Source: Eledone cirrhosa (taxonomy: Eukaryota). From it: DNA of 64,000 nt. The position numbers and the translations under genes are program-made. Location: positions 222,270,001-222,334,000 of the forward strand of contig OZ024741.1 of assembly GCA_964016885.1 (NCBI GenBank), given 5' to 3'. The notes beneath the pieces are model-generated. The model was not told the DNA's origin. It searched no databases and saw nothing but the letters and a program-made list of their open reading frames with translations. Of this stretch, positions 53,241 to 64,000 are shown piece after piece. Numbering within the stretch: the stretch's first letter is position 1; each line of letters begins with the position of its first letter.

Positions 53241-54040
53241 CTAACAGAAAAACAACAAACATTTTGAGGATAATAATTTTGATTCATATCTACATAACAA
53301 AAAAACACAACTGTTTTAAGTCCATTTTCCTCCTCAGTGGGATTTGAACTCAGAATGGCAAGGGCCGTAACTCTATACATCAAAGCATGGCATCCGACCC
53401 TCTACCGATACTGCCACATAATAATAATAAACACTACTAGGCATTGTATACATGTTACATGATACCTTCGACACAATACAATATGCAAAAACAAAGCTAA
53501 ACACTCCCTGTGCCCATGTTATGCAATAAAAATATAATTGAAATAGTAATAATCACCATCATCATTATTTTATGCTTATTTTTTCATGCTCTCATGGGCT
53601 GGACAATGATAGTAATAATGTTATTTCATTTAAGATTTATCACCTACGTTCCAACTCATTTTACTTTGGTATTAATAGATATTAATTATTGATAGGAACA
53701 AATAATAATAATCTGTAATGACAAATGAGATATTTACAATCTTAAGAATAATGTAAGAGTATTTAAGATTGCCAAGATTATTTACATATATGTGTATATG
53801 CCACCAGTGCTTTGAGAAAACAACACCAAATTTCAGCACTGAGCATATAAAAAAGAACAAAATAATAGAAGCTTTATTCCATCGTTATGTTTTTCTGTTC
53901 AAATTCTAGCTGCCCTATGAGGTCACAGCTGTTGCATAATGGTTATCACCAAAATATACATAACAGTGACTATAAATAAAGTTTATTTTAACCTGTTGAC
54001 TTACACTTCCCGTTTATATATATATATATATATATATATA

Positions 54041-55220
54041 CTAGCAGTGTATCCCGGTGTTGCACGGGTAAGAACATTGGTAATAGCACCTCCAATGAGA
54101 AACATTTATTTGTGAGTGCCTGTTAAAAACTCACGAAAAGATACCAACAGGAAACTTGTTCTATTTAGAGAAAATTAAGAAGTTGAAAGTACAGTTTAGC
54201 TGTCTACGTGCATTGTTCATAGAAATATTGTTGAGCCCCTTCTTTTCATACTCCTGTTTTGGCCTATTGGAGTAAATGTGAAAAAGAAAGTCACAGGTTA
54301 AGTTGGCAGAAGGTTCCAGTGTCATAGCAGTAAGGCGTAGGCTACTTACCTCAAAAGTTCATTCACACTCTTTCCACTAAGTTACTCTTTCTCTCTATCC
54401 CTGTCGGTGCAATCCCTTGCGAATTTCTCGCGTAGCCCTGGTGTAGATTTGCACCCAATCCATCTGCCCGATGCACATATCCGCTTTGTACGGGTTTTGG
54501 AGGAAGGAATGACCAGCAGTACGCTGTTCGGTATTATTACGAAAAGGTGTAGCAGAGAATCCCGAGTGAACTAACAGCTCGGGAGGAAACTGCTTACCTC
54601 GAAGATTCATTTGCCATCGTTCTTCATTTAGTTGGTATTTGTTGGTCTACAGTTAGATGAATGGCGCACAAAGAGTTAATGTTTATTGGCAAGAAGTGCA
54701 ACTGGACTGGCTTGCCTCACTTATATTATATATTAAAATAACAGATTAAAGTTTAAGCAAAGAATCGCTGCTTTCACCCTTAACGGGATCTTCTGAAACT
54801 AAAACAATCAATCTGTGAACGCAGAAGTAAATATTTCGAAAAACATTGCAACTGAAAGAAAACAGGAAGACGATACTTTGGTTCGTGAAGACGTTCCCTG
54901 GCAATGAACTGAAAATAGCGAACATAACACGTCATCAATGTTTGTCAGAATGTCGTAATGCAGATAGCCAGGCATACAGACAGATATTATAAGGGTGCGA
55001 AGATATTATAAGGGTGCGACGGAGATGGATAACCGGTACCTAACACCCCTTTAACAACAGAAAATTGAAAAATAAAAGCTGCAGTTAATATCTTTAGACC
55101 GCAAGGAATATATAAATGCAAGTTTGAAGTCAATTGGAGTAGAAATGTGGATTTGTATAGACTTTGCAAAAATGAGGACACACACACACAGACAACTACA
55201 GTTTTATATATATGTATAGA
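54041..55220 (-). mobile_element. Non-autonomous Helitron
   Basis: Minus strand: A/TC 5' end, CCCG..CGGG subterminal hairpin, CTAG/T 3' end, no TSD. Confidence 0.75.
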
Positions 55221-55499
55221 TAAAATAAAGAGAGAAAGATAATGGAGAGACAAGCAAAATGAAGAAATTTAAGACATTTCTTAATCTAATCCATTATTAT
55301 TTATGTGTGCTATGCACCTGCATTCATACAACATATTGGATTTGTTTACCCAAACTTTAAATCCTTATTCCATATGGATTATACCTTTGATGAATCAATT
55401 TGTTTTCTTTACTGAGTGTTGAACTATATTCAGTTTGAAACTTTGTTTGCATAACTTTATTCACCTGTACTTTTACCTTTGTTATATATATTTCTTTTT

Positions 55500-58400
55500 T
55501 TCATTCTTCACCCTCATGTTCCTGAGAAGGTTGTGGGAGCAGAGTCATCAAACACTCCTTCAAGTGGGTCTTGTCAGATGCAACTATCTCCAACCATCTT
55601 GCTTGGGGTTTACTCCCGAGTCTCTTGCCAGTTGCTTTTGTCCATAAAATCTGTCCAGCAACTCTTTCTTGAGACATTTAAACCACATGTCTGTAATATC
55701 AGAGCTGCGATCTCACAATTTGGAGAAGTAGCGGCTCTACCCGGGGCAACTCTCTGATCTCCGAGCTGTGCACTCTATCGAGTAAGGTTACTCCAAAAAC
55801 CCTTCAGAGGAACTGCGTTGAAGGAGCTTGTATTCTTTCAGTCATTACTCAAAATTCATGACTATATCTAAGGGTTGGCACGAATACCGAATTGAAGATA
55901 GCGAGTTTGAATATTACACCTATCCCACTTTTTCTGATTACTGAATCCTGAAGCTGATGCATTACTGCACCAGTTCCTGCAATTCTTGCACTTAATTCAG
56001 TCTCCTACCTTCCATCACTCATGAACGCGATCCTGAGATATTTGAACTTCTTCACCTGCTTCAGTGGAACTCCATTCACATGTAGAGTTCACTGCTTAGG
56101 CTTCCTTGAGAGGACGAATGTCTGTCATTGCAGCACTGATTTTCATTCCAGGTGTGCAGCACTCAGCACCAAACTTATTTAGTGTCCGAGATCAACTTTT
56201 GAGTGAACTAATACCATGTCATCAGTAAATTCCAGTCGACTGATCCTACACCCACCAATCTTGATACCACTTCCAACCCGGCTGTGCATGAAGATTATGA
56301 ACAGGAGAGGTGTCAGTACACACACTTGGTGGAGTCCAACTCCCACATTGAATGGCTTCAATTTAGCACCATTTAACACAAATACTTGGGCATTCGTATA
56401 GAGACATCAGGGCAACAAGAAGCTGACCATCGACCCCATACTCCTGCAGAACCTTTCATAGCAGGTCCAGTGGAACATGCTCATATGCCTTTTCAAGCAT
56501 TACAAGCAAGAACACACTTCTTCACAGTACTCCCATGATTTCTCAAAGACCTGCCACAGTGTGAATATTTGATTGGCTGTGCTGCATCTGGGGCAAAAAC
56601 TATACTGTTCATCAGCAAACTTGGACTCGACAATCTCCCTACATCTCATTGCCAGACACTTAGCATAAACCTTACCGAGGAGGCTTAACAAGGAGATCCC
56701 CCTATAACTGGAGCAATCTTGTCTCGCTTTTTGAAAATTGGGATAATCACTCCCGATTGCCATTGCTTAGGTGCCTTTCCAGAAATCCTGACCACCCGGC
56801 ACACACGAGTCAACCAAAGAATACCTTCTCTATTTAAGGCTTTTAACATCTCAGAACGAATTTCATCATCCATAGAGGCCTTGCCACTTTTGAGCTCTTT
56901 AATTACTTGTGACCTCAGAGGATGCTGTTGTAATCGGGTTTAGGATGATATACTAAGAGGAAGAGAGGAGAACCTGACGCATTCCTTATAGCAGATATGG
57001 AAGAGGACCTCTTATTATAAAGTCGTGGATGGTCTGCCAGAACATTTTATTTGCTGATCTGAAGTTGGATTCCAGCTTAACCCCAAAGTCCTCTCATGTC
57101 TTAACTTTGGATGCTTTTACTGTCTCTGCTGTGACTTTTTGTGCATGCTTGTACAAGTGCAAGAAAGAGGACTTATTTTCAAGCCAAACTATGTAGGCCT
57201 CCTTCTTTGCTTGGATGGCATCTTTGACATCTTGATTAAACCAAGAGGTCCTCCTACCATCCGGCACCACACCAAGCCCCTTTCCCCCACAGCATTTAAC
57301 AGCTGAATCAGAAACTGCTGATTTAAACATTCTACACTCCATTGCAATGTCCTTAGTTTGCTCAAGGAGTTCTCTGAATTTTGATGCAGTAGTATTTGCA
57401 TACCTGGTCCTGACTTCCTTGTCCACCAATGTTTCCTACTTTAACCCTTTAGTGTTCAAACCGCCTGAAAGCACCCGAAAACCTACAATAAAATATCGTT
57501 CTAAAAATAAACAAACCATCATCAAAATCTCATCCATTCGAGACTACTGCGAGATTAGGCCTTTACCGCGAAAATTAACACTTAATATAAGTTAAAGCAA
57601 CACGTGTTTTTTTAACTTTGAAAGTGCAACACATTTTTTTGTACCAACATGGCTTCTGAAAGTAGCGATACCGACTTTGAAGGTTTTACACAAGACGACA
57701 TTCAGAATAAACAAGAAACAATCGATAATATTAGTGATATATCATCAAATGAATCTGATGTTTATATTTCTGAAATTTCGTCCAACGAAGATTGTTATTT
57801 TGAAAGTGAAAGCGAAGCAGATCTCCAGGCCGCCATTGAAGATATTTCAGCAACATGGTTGAAAAATACCACACCAATACATGCTCCCGATTTTGTTGAA
57901 AATACTGGTCCACAGCATATATTACCTCCCGATGCTAAAGCACTGGATTATTTCTTTTTGTTTTTGCCACAAACTTTCTTCGAAGTTGTGGCAAAAGAGA
58001 CGAATCGATATCCCCAACAGCAGATTTCATATCGAAGAAAACACGATCAGTTATGGCGACCGACAGATGCTGCGGAGATGCAAGCGTTTTTTACTATAAA
58101 CATTATGTTTGGTATAAAACAATTTCCAAGACTGTGGAATTACTGGAGCACTGATATAAGGTTTAGTGACCCTTATATATCGAGTATTATGCCAAAAACA
58201 AGGTATTTGAAATAAAACCAATATTTGCATCTGGTTGATACTTCAAATGCCTCTGGTAGAAATGATTTCAATTATGACCCTCTGTATAAAGTTCGACCAG
58301 TAATTAAAATGCTCTCGGAAAAATTTAAAACAGTGTATATACCTGGGAAAAATCTTAGTGTTGATGAAGCTATGATTGGGTATAAGGGTAGGCTTCATTT

Positions 58401-60700
58401 TAGACAATATATGCCAGCTAAACCCACTAAATGGGGCATCAAGGTGTGGGAACTCTGTGAATTGGACACAGGCTACTGTGTAAACTTTGATGTTTACACA
58501 GGAAAGAAACACAACGGAGAGAGAAAATATGGCTTGGGGTACGATGTTGTGTGGTCTCTGACTGAACCCTTTCATCGTTTTTTTTCTTCAGTGCGTCTAG
58601 CAGAGGATCTTGCCCTCGTAAATATGTACACCTGCGGTACAATAATGGGGAATCGCAAAGGGCTACCCCAAGAAATGAAAATCACAAAATTTAAAAAGAG
58701 AGGGGACATTCTCCAATTGCAAAAAGGGAACTTGTTAGCCACATTGTATAAAGACAAGCAGCAAATTTTGTTCTAACCAACAACCAGGAGTTGGAGCTGA
58801 AGGTAAACCTTTAGTCAACCTCTCCTATAATAAATATATGGGTGGGGTTGACAAATCCGACCAATATTGCGCGTATTACCCAGTTGGACGCCCTGGAAAG
58901 AAATGGTGGAGATATATATATCTTGTGGTTTTTAGTGAATTTAACCATTGTGAATTCTTTTATTGTATTCACTAAAAGCCACAAGAATCCGCCACCACCA
59001 AAGGACTACTGCCACATGAAATTGCGTGTAGACGTTGCCTCTCAGCTACGTGGAGGATATTCTTCTCGTAAACACAAACCTGGGAGAAAGTCGAAATTAT
59101 CTGAGGTAAACACGGAAAATATTGATTTTCACAAAGTGGAGAAAGAATTAATGGGAGGAAGAAGGTTTGCCGAATGTGCTCTTTGCAAAAGAGAAAAACT
59201 GTTAAAGGTTATGCAATTCAAACCACGTTTATGTGTTCTTTTTGCAAAGTGCCATTATGTAAAGGCTGTTTTGGCCAATATCAAGATAGAAATATTGTCT
59301 GACAATATTGAAAAAATATTTTAAAAATATATTGGAACACATTAGATACAAAAACACCTGCATTCACCTGTGTCACACCTGTTAATGAACTTATATATTG
59401 GGCACATTCTGTTATATAAATCTACTCAGTACATTGTGTAAGAGTATATTGCCAATATTATTTTGACTGGTGAAAGAGTTTTATACATTTTTTTCAATGA
59501 AAATATTTGCATGAAATGTAGAGACAGACTAAAACCGTGTACTGATTATACCTACATTTTAAATTAATTCACCTGTTCGGAAATGTGCTAAAATTGTTGG
59601 AAGTCAACATCTAGGTCATTGTTGGATATTCTTTGTAACAAATCTAGCAGGTAAGTCAGATAAAGTTTTAATTTTTGTGTTTATCCATAAAGTCATTACT
59701 TTTACACCTGTTAATTAATTTCACCTGCTCATAAAAGTCAAATTTAAAAAAAAAAAAAAAAAAAAATTAGTAAAAATATACAATTGTAAATTATTGATAT
59801 TTTAACATCTACTGACAAAATTTCAAGTCTTGCACATAGAAAATTAAGAAAATTACAAACAAATGAAATTGATAACCCTCTTGAGTATGATTAACTCAAA
59901 ATAAATGCGAACAGATAAGCATGACATTTGAAAATTAATGCGAATGCTAAAGGGTTAAGCTGAAGCTTTCCCTGAACCTGTCAGTTTTATGGGTTTCTTT
60001 GGTTTTATGCTGTCTCAAGTTGCAGATAACTAAATGGTGATCTGTTGATAGTTCAGTCCCTCTCAATAAGCATACAGCATAGAATCAAAGAGATCAGAGA
60101 CAATAAAATCAATTATTGATCTATGTCCCTGTTTCCTCTTATACCATGTATATTTATGGATGCGTCTGTGCTGGAAGAAGATGTTCATAATAGCGGGTCA
60201 ATTGCTAGAACAGTATAAGGCCTCTCTATTTTGTATTTAGAATGGGAACGCCATTCCTTCCAATCACTCCTTTTCATATCAAGTAGTCAGTGCCAAGATG
60301 TGCATTGAAGTCTCCCATTAGGATATATGACTCAGGCTTAACTACAGCTACAGTGACTGCCTTGTTTGGTGCATAAACTTGGACCACCCACAGAGGCACC
60401 TTTCAGCCTAAGCTTCAAGAAGCAAATCCTCCCTCCCTTCTAATGGGATCAAGTCCATAACACATTGTGACAGCCCGAAGCTTGTGAGTATTCCCACACC
60501 CACCTGTGCAGTCATTTCTGGCACCACATCTGAATAGTCGAGTTTCCATCCTCCATCCAAATCTACAGAATCAGAGCCACAGAACTTTGTTGAAGAAATT
60601 CCATTTATATTTAGCTTCTTCAACTAGTTCCTGCTCTTTACCTGTAAGGGTTGTGATATTCTAGGTTGCAAATGTTACAGTTTGCTCCCTTCTAAACCCT
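55500..60700 (-). mobile_element. Decayed APE-RT LINE (RTE-like) split by a piggyBac
   Basis: YRGISLLS, GLHQ..L.PLLF, FTDD on the left; GDFNAH endonuclease pieces on the right of the insertion. Confidence 0.8.
57445..59954 (+). mobile_element. piggyBac transposon with disrupted PGBD-like transposase
   Basis: TTAA TSDs, TIR CCCTTTAGTGTTC / GAATGCTAAAGGG; SVDEAMI, KPTKWGIK, YMGGVD and C-terminal Cys-rich domain; stop and frameshifts. Confidence 0.92.
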
Positions 60701-61258
60701 CTTTGGGGTCTTGAGATACACAATCTTTGTATGCCCATCCCATGCCTCCCAAGACAGGTCACATGACCTTTGCCAGTTTTTACAGCATAAAATGACTGCA
60801 ATATATTTTTTGAACAGGCCCCTCCACGTAAGGCTTGAAGGTGTTTCTTGTTAAGCAATGTGTAGGACGATGTGGTATGACTGCCTTTGTAGTGTCTAGC
60901 CATATTGCAATATTTTGGTGGTCTTATTCGAGTCAGTCATCAATCTGGTACTTTTCTCAGACCGATGAAGACTAGGATTTTTTAGAGGCAGCCTTTACTC
61001 ACCTCATCATAACTACATCACTGGGTTGTGAGAGTTTTCTTGTGAGGTAAATGTGTTACCCATTGCCCCATCTCCTCTAGTAGTATACCAGTGTTGGTCC
61101 GGGACTGCTTATTCATCCGGCAGGTGCCTGCTTATATCACAACTAACCATCATTCCTGGTGGCTGTATCGCTATCTGCCACGTACAACCCATTCTCTAGC
61201 AGAACAGCTCAACACCCCCCACCCAATGTGTGTGTGGAAGATGGACGTTAAACGATGA

Positions 61259-61292
<34 letters not shown>

Positions 61293-61894
61293 CAAGTGCA
61301 ACTTGAAGATATCTAAAGGTGTTGTATGGATCTTGACAAAATATAATAGATGTCAATTGATATATACCAAAAATGGTAAATAGAGCTTAATATTAAAATG
61401 ACTAATTGGCAGAGTTGTTAGACCACAGGACAAAATACATGGCGACATTTGTTCCACCTCTCTGCACTCTGAATTCAAATTCCACAAAGGTCATCTTTGA
61501 CTTCCAGCTTTTCAAACTCTAAAAATTAAAGGACCACACAAGGGAAGTGTATTGGCAGGATTGTTAGAGCATCAGGTAAAATGCCTTGTATTTGCTCTGG
61601 CCCTTTGCCTTCTATGTTCAAATACTGTTGTGGCATACTTGGGAAGTAAAGTTAATCTGTTATTTGGTTTAATAGCACCAGCAGTGGTGGGCGCCAGTCC
61701 CCATCCTCACCATCAACACCAGTGAACACTAGGAGTTATATACAGCACCGCTTCAACATTTTCAAAACACACAGAAAAACAATGCGTAAACATACTTAAA
61801 GCAATTACGTTGTTTTCCCAAGAAAAAAAACAGACACTGCATAACCTGAAATCTCTATAAACAACTCATTTTCCCCAATGAGTCTCAACATATT

Positions 61895-62200
61895 AGTCAC
61901 ACATTTCAAGGCCAACATAATCATATGATCCATCAAAATTAGTTTCAAGGCTACCATAACTATGAAACCATCCATCAAAATTAGCTTCAAGGCCACCATA
62001 ACCATGACATTATCAATCAAAGTTAGTTTCAAGGTCATCATAACTATCACATCATCCATCAAACCATTTTTCAGGGCCACCACACCTATTACAACATCAC
62101 ATCATATTACTCACATGTTTCAAGGCCACCATACGTATCAGACCATCCATCAAAGCAGCTTTTGAGGTCTACTCCATCTATTACACCATCCAGGCCTATC
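61895..62200. repeat. Degenerate ~39-42-bp minisatellite
   Basis: Repeated CCATCAAAATTAGTTTCAAGGCCACCATAAC. Confidence 0.75.
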
Positions 62201-64000
62201 ACCAGGCTTTGATACTTGGAGAAAGGGGGAATTCAGAACATTCTAGATGGGCACTCTAATCTGCAATAATTCTATTGTAATTTTTGACATTTTTGTTTAA
62301 TATCATTTCTTTTGTCCTATTATCAGTGTAGAGAATTTTTTTAACTAGCTTCTTTGGTTGACTTTAGTTTGTTATTTTTTAAAATTCCTTTTTGTTCTTT
62401 GTTCTTGTTTTGAGAAGAAAAGTTAGTTAAGTCAAGACTTCAAGGAACATATTCCAGGATATTACTTTTATAAAGTCTATTTTCTAAATCTGAGAATACA
62501 CCATCGAAAAGTCGGATGGCAATGCCATCTTGTGTTCTCCTCCTTAGTTTGTTTCACTGTTCACCATATCTATCTGAGAACTACATTCACATCATCCACC
62601 AAATTAAGTTTCAATACCTACCATGTCTATCTGATCATCATAATATAAAGTAGATTGGTATCAAAAAGGAATTTTGACCTTTCAACATGTTTAGTGCAAA
62701 CTGACAACACAATTATGGCTGAATGTATAGTGATGGTGTCTTTGTGTAATCAACAGCTTTCTAGCAATAGCAGCCAAATCATCATCAAATCTCAACATAC
62801 CATCTTAAAAAAGGAAGGACACATAAGATAATATACTATTTGTGAATAAACAACAGCATGATCACTAGTTAGAACATATTTGATGATAAGTCTACTTAAT
62901 CATTGATAACCTAGGGCTAAATAACACACCGAACACAAAGTGGTTCTGCAAAGTTTGAATATAAATATTTGTGCAGAAACCTGAATAGAAATTTTCAAAT
63001 TTGCACTCCAAGCTAATACTCGAAAGAAACTCATTGGCCAACTTTACAATTTGGCAGCTAATTGGCAAAGTCGTTAGAATGTAGGACAAAATGACTTGTG
63101 ATATTTCTTCTGGCTTTCTTCTCTCAAAATTCAAATCCCACTGAGGTCAATTTTACCTTTCATCCTTTCAGAGTCAATAAAATAAAGTGCCTGTCCAAGG
63201 TAGAGGATTAACAGAACTGTTAGAGCATTAGGTGAGATGTTTTGTAGTATTTGTTCTAGCTTTCAGCATCATAGGTTCAAATCCCACTGTAATCTATTTG
63301 AGAAGTAGACATTCTGTCATCCAGTTTGATACCACTACTTGGCCCTTGGATCTCTTTGGTATAGTCCACTCTGTTGTAAGCATTCAGATAAGGTCTCTGA
63401 TTTCAGGATACCTTTGTCTCTCCTACCAGTCTCAGAAACCCTGAAATGGGTCATGAGCACTTCCTTTCCCTCATTGACTAAACAGCTAAAAGAAATAGTA
63501 AATGCAACCTCTAAAATCTTATATCTGTGTATAACAAGACTAGATTTTAACAGTTAAGAAATCTTTGAAAGATAAAAAGAAAAAAAGCTATTTAAAAACC
63601 ACAATAAAAACAACTTTAAAAGAAAAATAAACATTTATTGAAAACGATACCAAGATAATAATTTCCAGTCAAACCAATTTCTATGTAGCTGTCATTTTTG
63701 GCAATAACAAAATATACGAAAAGCAAGCACCAAAGATAACATGTTCTACTACAGTAAGAGCAACAAGAAGATTAGTTTGAATTGAGACTTTATCTGAGAT
63801 TTGAAACGTATTTTTTAACAAATCTGCCAGAATGTGTTGAATACATAAATAAAAAAATAAAAAAATGAAACATCATTATCTGGTGATGATGAGATCTAAC
63901 CGTAGAGCAATGGAATCAGTTAAAGAAACTTAGGAGAAATGGTAAATGTTTAGCAATTATTATGATGAGGATGATGCCAAGCCAACAGTAATAAACAACA

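Noticed and set aside
61805-62165. Repetitive ORFs (MVALKLILMD)n
   Set aside because: Derived from a degenerate minisatellite
63335-63486. Possible minus-strand exon after a TTTCTTTTAG acceptor
   Set aside because: Short open frame with no recognisable homology or clear donor; insufficient support

Overview
AT-rich, repeat-dense eukaryotic (metazoan) DNA. The SINE/LINE repertoire and huge (TA)n tracts suggest an octopus/cephalopod genome, which is an inference. The first 22 kb carry six phase-consistent + strand exons encoding the C-terminal part of CFAP69. The rest is mostly transposon-derived: an intact 1039-aa RTE-type LINE ORF with a PHD-like finger inside its RT region, decayed RTE, Tx1/L1, R4/Dong and Penelope-like (PLE) elements, CORE/Meta- and Nin-type SINEs, a Chapaev3-like and a piggyBac DNA transposon, piggyBac-type MITEs and a non-autonomous Helitron. 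There is a 199-nt assembly gap. The most striking unannotated signal is a set of unrelated short fold-back elements inserted in (TA)n tracts. Several carry minimal type I hammerhead ribozyme motifs, including one with a compensatory U3-A8 core and a palindromic stem III, consistent with PLE pseudo-LTR/retrozyme-like RNAs. A repeated pseudoknot-like module in RTE/SINE UTRs is also noted. The many YIYI ORFs are microsatellite artefacts. All calls were read by eye and none was verified by database search.
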